Counted from the whole stretch's first letter, positions 15,201-27,300 are shown. The stretch: 63,326 nucleotides of DNA, filler included, from Intoshia linei (GCA_001642005.1; 8 parts of 8 records of this genome joined end to end with filler, not necessarily neighbours in it); one strand, 5' to 3'. The notes: generated from the sequence alone by a model not told the origin. Translations and numbers: made by a program.

Positions 15201-18200
15201 AAGTAACATTTACAAGAAAAAAGGCCAAAATGATGGACACATTTTTAACATCAATTATTTTTATATTAAAATCCTTTGCAATAATGGTAAAATTCGACTG
15301 AAATATTTACAAAGTGAAGATTCAATTAATTATTGATACACAATTGGTATTTTTAAGTATTTATTAAATTGGTAATGAATATATGTCATCACATTGAAAA
15401 TGACAAAATATATTTTTATAATTTTATTTTTTCTGGAATTTATGTTATTTATGACAATTCTAGGATTGGACTGTTTTTACTTTATTTTTAATATTATACA
15501 CACATTCTGTCTAATAAATTAAAAAAATGGGATAACAATTGTGAACAAAACAAAATTAAGATTAAAAATTCACTTTAAAGTAAAAAGTAATGTGATATGA
15601 CGGTTTCACCTGAAACAAATTTGGGAACAACTTCTTTAATTGATTAATAATAGTTAATAGTAGGATTTTTAATAGGAGTAGAATAGTAGTAGGAATAAAA
15701 AATATGTAAAAAAACTGAAAAAAAATATAAAGTGTATGTCTAAAAAATGTTTTATAAAAATAAAAATTTATTAAAAATTAAGAACTCCACATTCCAAGTT
15801 AAGTTATTTTTAAGTTAAGATTTTCAACATGAATTTATTTTTTTGGTATAATAAAAGAGTGCCCTCGACAGAGCTAGGTGCTGTTTGTACGTAGTACAAA
15901 ACTGCCAAGCTAGTAGTATATATTTGATTGATTTATTTAGATGTAGTTTATCAAAACTGATGTTGCCAATTTGAGTTGCAATAAAGAACGTATTAAAACA
16001 ATTCGAAAATATAAAATTCACTTTACTGCAACAACTCTCTCCACCCTCTCATCTTTTTATTATTGTTATCTATTCCATTTTATCTACTGCTATTTATTTG
16101 TCACTAACTAATTTTTTTTTTTATACATAAAAGTTCTTATACCACGATCTCCACATAAAAATGTACAAATATAGTGTATATATTAACTAATAATACCGTT
16201 AAAAAGTGAAAAATTGTAGTATATTTTGTATAGAATCAACATTAATAATGGTATAGAAATTTCAAATATATAGTATATATTTATATCGAAGTTGTAAACG
16301 GAATTAGAAATCCAATCATTAGAGTAACTATTTTGTGAAACACAATTTGCCAAAAACGTCAAATATCGCTTCCATAGAACGGCCTCATAAATTAACACGT
16401 CTTCCAAACAATTTACTGAATGATTGTTCCTAAACACATATTATATGAATTGGGTATAAATCACGAATCGGACAAAAATACATCCTTACTTATATGATAT
16501 GCTATGCTATATTTGTTTGTGTGTGTTTCCGTTTATTTCAATAACTACCAGTCTTAGAATCTTATAATGTCCACATTTCTATTACAATTTTTTTCCAGAG
16601 TATTGGTAAGATAAATTTTAACCACCAACCAATATATTCGGGTACCCAAAAACACTATTATCTTTTTTTTGAAAATCAAACAAGTTCGAGAGTTAAACAT
16701 AATATATCTTCAGTGCCAAAACGCCAAATTACCATTTTTTTTATGAAAACAGTCCTATAATATAAAAAATATACAGGTGGTACAGTTGTATCCTGTTAAC
16801 ACACACAAAAAATTTCAATCAGAATAAGTGTCACAAAAAAAGTCACAGTATAAAAAGGTATTTTAGTATTCATATATTTTTTTCCGAAATATTTTATAAA
16901 AAAAAAAGATTATTTTGATAGTTTATTGCAGTTAATAATTTAATAATTATAATATATATAATAATAAGTTAATTTAAACTTCAGAAATTTACGCATTCCC
17001 GGTGAAAAATAATTTTGAATATATATTATATTAATTATTATATTACACAGGACATTTTTACAGTTTTAAAAAAATTTTTGTTAGATTTTATTTTTAAATG
17101 ATAGACCGAATTGCAAAATGTATATTCTAAAAGAGATCCTAGAGGGAAATGTGATCCTAGTTATCGTAATAATATCATATTAATATTATTTTATAAAAAG
17201 GATTATTGCATATTTCAAATCATTAAGTGCACTATTTGGGGTAACTAATATTTTTTAAATAGATAATTAAAAATGGAAAATTTAATAAAACCATAAAAAT
17301 TTCAATTATGAAATAATCTTTAAAAAAAGGGCAAGATTTACCCTAATAATAGGTTTTTTTAAGAATTTCTAGTATATTTTGTTACAGTACAATCTACCCG
17401 AGAAAACGCAAATATAATCCCATGACACAAAATTATTAATCATTCAGATTTTTTTTAAATTAAGTTTTAATAATTAACAAATAGACAAAATTGGAAATCC
17501 ATCTTAAAGAATTATCATAACACATGTACAATTTCTTCAATTTAGGGTATAAATGTAAAATGAAAAAAAAATTTTGAAAATTCAATCGTTGATAAAAATC
17601 GAAGAGAGCTAGAATGAAAATTAAAAAAGTAAGATGTTTAGTTATAAACGGTGATTAACATAATACTCTGTAAACTATGAAAATTCACTATAAGAGGAAG
17701 TTTTTAAAAAAATTAAGTTATATTTTAATTTTACTATAAGATTTTTAATGGTTTATTTAAAATGTTAAACGCACAGCGAGTAGATATCTCTGTCAAATAA
17801 AATTGTATATTAATTGGTTTTTCCCTAAAATACACCATTTACACGCTAACCATCCTTGATTCTTTGATGGGTGTGACACCCTACTGTGCATAATCAAATT
17901 AATATTGTACTCTGATTTACAAAATAATATAAAATTTAAAATATTTGAATAAATTAATATGTAACATACAATAATAGTATATGCAATAAATATCTAATAA
18001 TAATACTAAATAAAATTAATTTGTAAATGCATTATAAACTTACAGTGATAGGCATGAAAATATACGTTCAATCAAGCAAATAATTGCATTTGAAGCATGA
18101 CCTACCAAGAAATAATAGCTTCTGATAATATTAATTAGATTTGATAATATTCTAGACCATATTGTATTAAACGTTTTATAAATATTACCGGCAAATAATA

Positions 18201-20615
18201 ACTTTCATGGAGTCATTACTATTTAAAATATAATCTTTATGGTTTTCGAAAAAAACACATAAAAGTGGCACGTATATCTAATAATACTATTATAATATTG
18301 CCGCACTTAACATTATGCAATGAATTTAAACCATAAATTAAAAACTACAATAAGGTGGTAGCTGTGGAACAAAATACACCTTTAAAATTTGTTTATATAC
18401 ACATGAGATAATGTCTTATAATTGAAACCTTAAAATTAGATAAAAAACAATAATGATAAATATACAATGTAGTATAGTATAATACATTATTCGAAGATAA
18501 AGTTCACAGGAGAGTATTTATAGGTTGATTTTTAGCTATGTGGTTTTAAGGAGGTAAAATAATGTGTACCGCAAAAGTTATTTTTAATGTGTATAATTTT
18601 AGGTTGAGTTTTATTTTAAATATTTATAAAAGTTTTTCTCAAAAATTTTTCCACGCATATTGATAGGAGTCATATATATAATATGATGTATTATACATAT
18701 TTAAAATTTCGTAAAAATAAAGAATAAAATTTTCGATTAAATGGTTGATTAGTTATGTTAATACTGTAAGAATTTTTTCAGTAAAACTACTATAAAGCGT
18801 ACATCAAAAAATGATGAAACGTTTGAGACGTAATTGTAATTTAGATGTCTGCGTACAAATATTGAATATTCACAAGATTGATTCAGTGCATCTAAATAAC
18901 ATAAGAGGTCTATGGTGTATAAATCAAAGTGAAATATCAATAAATTTGCAAAGTTGTTCTTATTCAAAAAGCATTTTCGACTTAATTTTATATTTGAAAT
19001 TTTCAATATTGGCGCATCAACATTGAGATCGATATTATATTTCATACTAAAATAATTATTTATTAACAAGAAAAATCATATTAATTAATAATTAGCGTAA
19101 TAAAAATGAATTTTTAATTACTCGTGTAAATAATGATTCGTGTATTGAATGAATTGCATAAGTTCAAATGCCATATAATATCGTTTGTGAATTTCATTTT
19201 GCGTTAATAACTCGAAATCAACTAATGACTGGTGAAATGCGTTTGCTATAATTAAAATCATTGACATTAAAAATATAAAATAGTTACCCATATTTTTGAT
19301 AAAATCTTTTAGTTTCTGGCACCATTCATTATGTAAGTGCTTTGCTATCATAAATGCCATTTTCTATTATAGTATAAAATATAAGGGTGTCAATGATTTT
19401 TATTAGAAATAGTCATTTTCCACATTGAATGGTTTTTTCACATTTAAAATTTTAAACTGAATATTTACTATTATCATTCTTAAAATAATGCAAACTATTA
19501 TTAATTTCAATTTCAGGAAGATATATCATCAATATCTTCAAGGTCAAAAACACAATTTGCCCTTTTTTTTAAACAAATCAGCCAAAAAATTTAAAATAAT
19601 AGTATAAACTGTGCGACGCGCTTTAAAATCATTAATAATGTGATACAAAGCAGCCTCAGAAACGCACACCTTTATGATGAAAACCCAAATGATGCTTTGT
19701 TTTAAAAATGAAAAATAATAAATAAAATAATTTGAATTAAAGTCATATTCATTCTAAAGTAACTTTTGGTTCAGATATGAAAATAAAAAAAAAACCGAAA
19801 GAATAAATTTATGAGATTTCCACCTATATCTCTTATAGTGTGACTATAAATATGTAGAAATAATATAACTTTGTTTTACGACTCAATAAATTGAAAAATA
19901 ATAGTACATTGTTCAATATACAATAAGGTGTCTCATGGGTCGTTGTAAAAAAATCCTCATTGTTTAAAATATTTTTGATCAATTTCCAACAGTTCAGTTA
20001 GCCTGGCCATTCATATTTTTCCCTTTACAATACCTTTACAATATAAACGTATTTTTTAAAATAAAGTTGGATTAGTGCTTCTACAACCCAGAAGCTGAAG
20101 ATAAATATAAAGGATATGATACATATTGCAATCAAAATTTTAATAAGTTATTGGTAAAGTACTGGCTTGTAATCATATAGCAAAACGCACATTATACAAA
20201 TATAGCATTACTAATTAGAAAACATCTATAATCTACAAATTTATAAATTCAAATCCTAAACTATATTCCTAAACTAGAAATATATGTATAATTAATATAA
20301 ATTCTCATAGAAAATATTATTTTTACATAAATGCCCAGGCTATCTTCAATATTCGTTAAAATGAATTAATATTTTCGAAATATTATTTTTTAATTATAAT
20401 TTGTAACTAATATACCTAAGGATGTTCAAAAATATAATTTTTCATTTTTTTTGAGACACCTTAATGTATAATTATAAATAATTTCGTTTCGATTTAACAA
20501 AAATATTTGTTTTCTACGTATAAAATGTGACCAAACTACACAATAACATATAAACCTTATTTTCATCGTTGAGCACAATAGTGGATAAATTTATGAAAAT
20601 TGGCATATTTGATTT
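237..20615 (-). CDS. RyR: Ryanodine receptor, highly divergent, multi-exon, partial (RyR repeat 4 through bridging solenoid to the central/RIH-associated region)
   Basis: Hand-spliced GT-AG exons in reading order: 20556-20615 (KSNMPIFINLSTIVLNDENK); ~19120-19363 (KMAFMIAKHLHNEWC...LVDFELLTQNEIHKRYYMAFELMQFIQ, resembling the RyR repeat [27 protein letters not shown]...LVPYDTLTAKEK...AQELLKFLQ); ~18760-19070; ~18190-18280; ~18040-18120; ~16200-16430 (IFEISIPLL, cf. VIEITLPML); ~12480-12620; ~11810-12010; ~8352-8396; ~8164-8275 (QRKKKIMMCFNTLPLY, cf. QRRRAVVACFRMTPLY); ~7195-7285; 7031-7132; 5248-5349 (acidic); 3183-3365 and 237-313 (VSISILNDGNIYVQK|CLLDFL, cf. [21 protein letters not shown]). 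Phases join correctly across the 8.4-0.2 kb exons. Comparisons to mammalian RyR are from memory. Confidence 0.85.
1264..1560 (-). pseudogene. C-terminal remnant of a hAT-like DNA transposase
   Basis: ORF 1264-1452 contains PPVVNDGAERAL, matching the VVNDxAER motif of invertebrate hAT-related transposases. Confidence 0.5.
1990..2330 (-). pseudogene. Buster/Charlie (GTF2IRD2/SPIN-like) hAT transposase fragment
   Basis: IDITGYFNTLNTKL...KMITEFYDIIIAFESKL resembles the FLxDITxHLNxLNxKLQG...I.AF..KL segment of Buster-type transposases. Confidence 0.6.
2817..3081. mobile_element. hAT (Buster-type) MITE
   Basis: TIR CAGTGCTTTCCAACC...GGTTGGAAAGCACTG with a perfect 8-bp TSD CCCTAATG (2809-2816 and 3082-3089), fitting nnnTAnnn. 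Confidence 0.9.
3679..4739 (+). mobile_element. Non-autonomous Helitron
   Basis: A|TC 5' end, then TATATAAAA and a GT/GTCT microsatellite. 3' stem-loop CTGTTTGTAC-GTA-GTACATAACAG just before CTAG|T. No TSD. Internal tandem repeat (ctgatgcggattttaaaatcataaacattatc x3, ~3920-4060). Confidence 0.8.
4950..5186 (+). mobile_element. Second Helitron 3' module
   Basis: Repeats aaattaagatggaataat...gtgccctcggcagagc...acagtcaacctag|t. Confidence 0.7.
5560..6905 (+). mobile_element. Helitron copy, 5'-truncated
   Basis: Collinear with the 3679-4739 and 14311-15913 copies; degenerate 3' hairpin at ~6850-6905. Confidence 0.75.
7476..8031. mobile_element. hAT (Buster-type) MITE
   Basis: Left TIR degenerate (..tgctttccaacc), right GGTTGGAAAGCACTG. 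TSD CCTTAAAA at 7468-7475 and 8032-8039. Confidence 0.8.
8937..11341 (+). mobile_element. Chapaev3-like (CMC group) DNA transposon
   Basis: TIR CACTAGACGAC / GTCGTCTAGTG with a 3-bp TAA TSD on both sides; encloses the transposase listed next. Confidence 0.8.
9237..10937 (+). pseudogene. Intron-containing Chapaev3-like transposase, decayed
   Basis: Motifs: N-terminal CYVC, SELLASWLNKWNL, WYLFIDKS..LKVILIH, WRICGDFK, KYPCFFC, ILPPLYITLG, KNGILIGPQI, KVHYMNCH, YSDQHGERFHQ, MIGDYL. GT-AG introns at 9901-9938, 10141-10180, 10389-10435 and 10719-10755. Stops and frameshifts in the 5' part. Confidence 0.8.
14311..15913 (+). mobile_element. Non-autonomous Helitron, near full-length
   Basis: TC start, GT microsatellite, conserved body, hairpin and CTAG|T at 15910-15914. 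Confidence 0.85.
16483..17020 (+). mobile_element. Helitron copy, 3'-truncated and diverged
   Basis: A|TCCTTACTTATAT start and shared body (caggtggtacagttgtatcctgttaac; acgcattcccggtgaaaa). Confidence 0.65.
19921..20467. mobile_element. TA-flanked Tc1/mariner-like MITE
   Basis: ta|caataaggtgtctca ... tgagacaccttaatg|ta inverted ends. Confidence 0.55.
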
Positions 20616-20775
20616 CTATAGTAAAATGTTATTATAATCATTTTTTATTTATTTGTATTAAAATATTTATAATTATAATAATTATTATATTGATGACAGT
20701 TGTACAAATGGTACTTTAATATTAAATTCATGTAATATGAAAATATATTAAAGTAATACATTAAGTTTTTTTAAT

Positions 20776-20875
20776 NNNNNNNNNNNNNNNNNNNNNNNNN
20801 NNNNNNNNNNNNNNNNNNNTTAATTAATTAANNNNNNNNNNNNNNNNNNNNNNNNNNNNNNNNNNNNNNNNNNNN
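20776..20875. other. Artificial contig spacer (44 N + TTAATTAATTAA + 44 N)
   Basis: Identical 100-bp spacers also at 25954-26053, 31615-31714, 41637-41736, 50472-50571, 52501-52600 and 61047-61146. The 12-mer gives stop codons in all six frames. Confidence 0.95.
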
Positions 20876-21070
20876 ATGGTTTAATTCGAAGAGTGAAGAA
20901 TTTAAAAAAAATATTAGTATTCATGCAGGGTAATGCGCCTTCCCATTCATCATTTCTCACAAGGAGATTTCTGTTGGAAAAGGGTATTAAGGGAACAAAC
21001 TTAATGATTTGACCTCCAAACAGCCCTGACTTAAACCCAATAGACAATTATTGGAGCATGATAAAATGTA
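20876..21070 (+). pseudogene. Tc1-like transposase fragment
   Basis: VFMQGNAPSH...*PPNSPDLNPIDNYWSMIK. Confidence 0.8.
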
Positions 21071-21199
21071 ATAAGCTTTATAATATTTTAATAATACATT
21101 AACCTGCATTTTACCGTTTTTTGTCAAAAACTAAGAGTCCCAGAATTTTAACAAAAACAAATTCCAAATCAGATTTTTCAGTAGCATAAATTAAAACAA

Positions 21200-21760
21200 A
21201 TGTAAATCTCAGAAACGTACCTCTCCCCGGTCAAAAACCCAATTATCCTTTTTTTTTAAAATCAATCGAGTTAGAATTTAAAAAAATATGCAATCTGATA
21301 CATATTTTAAAATCATGAGTATCATCATAAATTTAAATTTCAAAAAAATATATCTTCACGGTCAAAACAACAAATTACCCTTTTATCTAAAAATTAAAAA
21401 TGTTCTAGAATTTTATAAAACATACAATCTAATAAAAATCTCATTTTAAAAAAAATTAAAATACATTTACAGTATTATTTGTATCTCCAGTTAACAGAAA
21501 AAAAATTTTAATCTCAAAAAATAACGTCTTCATGGTCAAAAAAGCACTTTGGTATTAATTTTTTTATTTGGTAACTATTTTATTAAAACAAAAAATTTGA
21601 AATAATTAATGGTCCCAGAATTTAAAGAAAAGAAGATTATTTTGACACAGCTTATTCCAGTTAATATAAATATAAAATTTAAATCCCAGAAATACCCCAA
21701 TCCAGATCAAAAACTGATTTTACCATTTTATCATAAAATATTTCATAAAATTTAAATTTT
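21200..21760 (+). mobile_element. Old Helitron-family fragment
   Basis: Diverged match to the Helitron body (ggtcaaaaacc...aaatcatg...gcttattccagtt). Confidence 0.55.
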
Positions 21761-21931
21761 TAAGTTCAATTTTAGTATCATTTTGGCTTATAAGTTAAAC
21801 GATTTTGCTGGGTTTAATTTACACAAATCAATTTATACGGAAAATATGTCTTAGTCTAAGACTTAGACGGAATATTATATTTCACACTATAATTATAATT
21901 TAATATGACTATAAATATTAAAATACAATAC

Positions 21932-24900
21932 CTTTAGGTATGAAAGATGAAAAACTATCTAGACTCTTAGAAACTCCATCAAAATCCAGAAAATTTTGTA
22001 AAAATTCGATATTATCCAAATAAGATAGATGATCCTTCTTTAACAAAATTTTTTTCTTAAAAAAAAGTGAAGAAAGCATTGACACGCGAAAAACATTAGA
22101 ATGAGATAAAGCCAAATGATACATTCCAATTTCGGCAACTTTAATGTCACGATTAAATTGAAAAATAGAATTTGAATTTAAATAAATAGTTTGATTTAAA
22201 ATTTTATAAAATTCTGAATCAAGTCTAAAGGAATTTGAAAATAATTCACCCAGAACGTTTTGTAAATATAGACAAAAATCTAGAGAATTTTTATTTGTAT
22301 TGGAATTCTCAACATCAGAATCCAAATGTATTGATTTAAATGCACATGATCCAAGTTTATCTAACATAACATTTGAATATTTTTCGCCGGTACCTCGTTC
22401 TTTTTCTGGTTCAGTACATTTTTTCATGGAACGAGTTATACGCTGAGATTTTTTAAGAGGTGTTTTAAAATCATCAAAAGAAACAGAAAAATTAATTTCA
22501 TTTTTAGACTCAGAGTCTGGTTCATTTAATAAATGTAGGCATTTCTTTGTCCGGTGAACTGATTTTAGTTTATTAACGACAGGGATTTTGTACTTGTATA
22601 ATAAAACCTTTTTTGGCGTTTTTAGCATATTATTAAAATCGTTAGATTCTTGAATATTTATACAATTCATTTTTTCAACAAAATTAGCTTTCTGTGTTTT
22701 CTTCACTATAACCTCAAAACTCGTGTTATCTCGATGATATCTGGTTGAAAACATTTTAGACATTGAATACAAAGTTCTGTGTATAAAGGAATTCATTATA
22801 TTGGGATTTAACCGCATAAAGTGGAGTTTTGATAAAGCTTTTAAATTTTTTAAAAATTGGAAATAAATTTCAAATTTGTTAATTGAAAAAAAAAATTTAG
22901 TAATTGACCAATATGAAAATACTATAGTGTCAAGTAGTTTGGTGTTGTAGTTTTTTGTATTCGTTATACAGTTTATAGATTTTGGGTCACTGTCAACTTT
23001 TTTAGGTTTGCTCGAATTAAAATTAATCATTTTTAAATTATCCACAATTTCACCAATATCTGATGCATCAGAATCATGTCTAGTTGAAAATACGACTTGG
23101 TTAATATGGGTGCACAAGTTACTACCTGATTCACTGGAAAGAGTATTTTGGCAAAATTTTATAATTGACAAATATAGATTTTCGCGTTCATTCAAATCAG
23201 TTTGTAAATTTGCAACTAACGTGTACCTTAGCAAGTCGATGTTCTTTTTTTCAACATTTTTACAATTTTTGCATTCACATTCATCATGATTCCAATAATC
23301 TGGAACAGGGTATTCCTTTCGTATGTCAACAAACTCAAAGTTTTCAATATTTGAATCTTTCAGGTTGTCTGTTTCTAGAATTTCTAGGTTTAAATTAAAA
23401 GTTACATTAGCATCGTCTGTTTTATAATTTTCTGAATCAGAATCGACTAAATCAGAAACTGTTGACATGTAATTAGTAATGTAATTCGTTGAATTCAGTA
23501 AATTTTCACTTTTAAAAGGTTTATGATAATGGCATGCAAAACAATTATTAATATTAACAACAGCGCTAGATACATCACCCATAATAATGTTGATATTGGT
23601 AAAATGGCACCAAATTTCACATGCCAAATTTTGCAATTGATGAATTTCAGCCAACCGAATAAGTTCATTTGCCAATTGTTGAGCTACTGAAACGACGCCA
23701 AATTGAATTTGATGAACCAAGCCCGTTTTCACGACGGATACATGGAATAATATAAAGGTTAAATAATCAAAAATAGTACACGCATAATATTTTTCTGATC
23801 CAACATTCAAACTACTCATCAACGTATTTGACGAAGACAGCATTAAAAAGGTTAAATCAATCGAACTAAACCCAGTTTTATGATTTTGATCAAAATAATT
23901 ATTAGCCATAAACATGTGAAAATATTTTTGTCCTTTGATAAATATTTTACTTGTTCCGCTGATTAAATTGACACAATTTTCAATTTTAAGTATATTTTGG
24001 TCAAAATGCTGATAATTTTTTCCATAAACACAAATTTTTAAAACTAGAAACATGAATGCAAAATAATTACTTTTTCCAGCATGTTTAATCATTTTCATAA
24101 GCTTTACAGACAATTTGTAATCATTATTTTCAATCGCTAAATTTGCTAAATGAATCACTGCCAATTCAACATCCAAAGGTAAATTATTTTGTCTAGCAAA
24201 AATGTAAATATTTGACCACATTTTTGTTTCTTTGTAAGAATTTTGGTACAATTTATAATACAAAGCCATACATTTCAATATATAGCAAAATAATTCAACA
24301 TTTCTAATTTTCAAATCACACATAATGACTAATTTGGCCTTTTTATAACAATTGTTTAATAAATTTAAAGAATTTTCATTAGACAATTCCCAGCTAGTTA
24401 AGTTTTTAAATAAAATTGTACAATACAAAAAATCAAGATAAAATTCGTCAAATATTTTATTTTTTCCACTTTTTTTGGTCATTTTTAAAAGTTTTAAAAC
24501 TGTTTTTATATCAATTTTTTCATTTTTTATAATTGATACATGCAATTTTTTGGTGGACCAATATACTAACCAATCGTTAAATATTTCATCATTTGAATTA
24601 CAGATATCTATTAATTGTGGTAATATGGAATCAGACATTTTATAAATATTTTTATCCCACAATTCACATTCAAGGGATAATATCCAATATTTTTCGACAT
24701 CTTTATGAGGGCCTATTGCTATCAGTAAATCGTAAAATGAAGGTTTCGATTTTGGGGTAAAATTTTTGTGAAGGATGGAATCCAACTTTATCCATAGTTT
24801 TATCAAAAACTTTGCCTTTTTTTCTTCGTGTTTTTGCAAGGATGCACACCATATTTTAAAACAACTTGTATACTGTAAAAAATCTAATGAACTGTCTGTT

Positions 24901-24947
24901 TTTAATAAAATGGTTATTAAAGCTTCTTGGCTATTAATCAAGTATTT
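21932..24947 (-). CDS. ESPL1: Probable separase (separin), one ~3-kb internal exon; protease domain not in window
   Basis: 1007-aa ORF bounded by an AG acceptor (24948-24949) and a GT donor (21930-21931). Helical N-terminal part, HDECECKNC (cf. human HSPTCDCSLC), a disordered basic insert with TPKK/TPLKK CDK-like sites, then YHLALSHSNVFRVSML...FIPKG, resembling the segment just before the separase pseudo-protease domain. Comparison from memory. Confidence 0.6.
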
Positions 24948-25099
24948 CTAAAAATTTGAGTTAAATATTAACAATAAATCATGCTCGTCACAAGAAAATT
25001 AAGAGTGAGTCAAAAATTGTTGGATCGTTAGTTCAAGATTTTTTTAAATACATTATTAAAAACACTTTTTTAACTTTCCGTCATATTTGTATAATTCAA

Positions 25100-25953
25100 A
25101 ACGTTTCAAATTCATACTCAAAATTTTATACAGGATAATTTAATATCCGATTCGGAATAGTGTAGCTGTAGCTTAATTTTAAAAATCCCGGAGAATTAGC
25201 ATTAAATTTATCAATGAAATCAATTTCATCATAAAAGAACAATAAATTTTACCGGAAAATGTTTTAAATTTAGACCAAGTACCGAGATATTATGAACAAG
25301 CATATAATAAAACATTAGCTATTGTGGGTACAAAAAGGGTTGAATTAGTTAAAGCAGTTAACAATCATAAAAGATTTACGTTTACTCCTTTATTATTTGC
25401 ATCTGGAGTAATATTTTGTTTGCAAATCTAAAGCCTATCCCTAAAAATCTAAATCAAAGAGGTATTGTGGAAGTAAATAAAACTGGTATGTGGAACAAAA
25501 ATATATTCGAAAGTTTCATTCAGCAGCATATTCTAACAAGATTTCCAAACTAAACTAAAATTTAACAAACATTACTCATAGTGGATTCCTTTTTAGTCAT
25601 CTTGACATTGGAGATAAGTATGAAGAAGAAAATTTAATAATAAGGTACATTCCCCCTGGAATGGCAGGGATCCTTCAAGTACTTGATGTTTTTTGCAATA
25701 GGGGATTCCAACAATATTATGGAGATGAATATGATAACTGGTTGGCTCATAATATTGATAATGTAGATATTTTTACCATAAATAGGAATTTAAAAAAATT
25801 TCCATATTCTAAAATAGTTGATTGGTGTTTAAACTACAAAGATCAAGTTGAGTCTAGTTTAATACAGAAAGGGTTTAAAAAATGTGGTATTTCATTTGGA
25901 ACATTTTATGTTGATCAATGTCATTCACAATTAAAAAATTTGATTGTGGAGGA
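25100..25953 (+). pseudogene. pogo-like DDE transposase remnant
   Basis: NLDQVP, KRFTFT, KTGMWN, LIVDSF, YIPPGMAGILQVLDVFCNRGFQ and KGFKKCGIS, with frameshifts. Confidence 0.8.
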
Positions 25954-26973
25954 NNNNNNNNNNNNNNNNNNNNNNNNNNNNNNNNNNNNNNNNNNNNTTA
26001 ATTAATTAANNNNNNNNNNNNNNNNNNNNNNNNNNNNNNNNNNNNNNNNNNNNTCAATGTTGGTAGTCGTTTAAAATTTCATAGCCATGAATAAGCATGT
26101 GTGGTAGTCATCTAACAGAAAAGATCCATTTTTATATACAAATATAAATACAAACATTTCGTAAATTAGAACCATTAAAAATATTAGGTACATTTGGAAT
26201 TCTCGTTACGTATAATTTTACTCGAAATGAAATGCATGAGATCGTTTTTTTATTTTTATGATATGTACAATTTCACATACAATAAAAACTAATAAATATC
26301 AGTTTTAGCACGAATGATTTTATAAAGTTAAATTACTCATCTATAGATTTACAATTCTAATTAACGGGATACATTTTGTATATTTAACTACTCGTTTTAT
26401 TATTTAAAAACAAAATGTTTCTGTCTACTCTACTGATAAGTCTTAGATTACAAAAAATTTTTTCACGAAACAAATTTTCGCCTACACCCTTCCACTGAGT
26501 AAATAAATGCAGTGTACCACAGATATTTCAAAAATCTTAGCTAAATGTGTAAAACGTCAATTTTTTTTTAAACCTTAAATGATGTGACTTTATACTTATC
26601 TACAGAGTAAAAAAATTTGAGAAATTAGGATCAAAATAAATCTTAGTTTCGTATACTACATAAATTGCTAAATTATTCATTACATCAGGGTCGTCTGCAA
26701 CGTTTTATCGAGAATTTCAACTTGAAATATACAAATCCACAGTACCTCCGTTGTCTATATTGACCGTCTTGATAACACTTTCTCTACGTCAAATCTACAA
26801 AAGTTAAAAAATAATAAAAACTAGATTTATAGAAAAATATAATTTCTCTTTGTTTACATTTCTTATTGACAAATACATATATTCATCGGAAAATAAAAAA
26901 TGTATATTTCTAAACTTGTACATAAATTACGTCAAAATGCATTTAATATTGAATTAGAGAATTTACTCGTAAA

Positions 26974-27046
26974 GCTCTCGTGGCCCAATGGATAAGGCAT
27001 CCGCTTCCGGAGCGGAGGATTGTGGGTTCGAGTCCCACCGGGAGCT
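26974..27046 (+). tRNA. tRNA-Arg (anticodon CCG)
   Basis: Acceptor stem GCTCTCG/CGGGAGC, D-arm TGGCCCAATGGATAAGGC, anticodon stem TCCGC-TTCCGGA-GCGGA, T-loop GGTTCGAGTCC, followed by an oligo-T Pol III terminator. Confidence 0.95.
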
Positions 27047-27101
27047 TTTTTATTTATTATATATTTAAGCTTATCGGTAAAATCCTAATTTTTATAAACT
27101 A

Positions 27102-27300
27102 CTAGCTAGGCTGTTGTGTACTTTGTTCATGCAGCATCCAGCTATGAAAATTGCTTTTTTAAATAAAAAATTGTGTAGCAAAGATAAAAAAACCCAATGA
27201 ATCAATTTATGACATTTCCACCCATATTTCTTTAACTGAATTGTGTAGACGTTTAATGCACATTTTTTAAATTGTAGGATGAATATTTTATATTTTATTT
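27102..27300 (-). mobile_element. Helitron-family fragment, reverse orientation
   Basis: ctag...gctgttgtgtac end plus tgtagacgt...aaattgtaggat, the reverse complement of the Helitron body. Confidence 0.5.

Noticed and set aside
20060-20130. LYIYLQLLGCRS as a separase catalytic motif
   Set aside because: No catalytic HG, closed by stops, inside a MITE, and between two RyR exons.
20715-20775. Possible in-frame stop in a further RyR exon, implying a pseudogene
   Set aside because: It is at the contig edge, the frame is uncertain, and the other exons are open.
20820-20831. Recurring palindrome TTAATTAATTAA as a biological motif
   Set aside because: It is always centred in exactly 44+44 Ns, so it is an assembly linker.
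23008-23398. Plus-strand ORFs within the separase-like exon; likewise 35582-36124, 37078-37317, 49959-50330, 53951-54471 and 62480-62944
   Set aside because: Antisense shadows of real coding or TE frames.
26054-26800. Possible minus-strand exons (e.g. a separase N-terminus)
   Set aside because: I could not build a consistent open spliced frame or recognise any motif.
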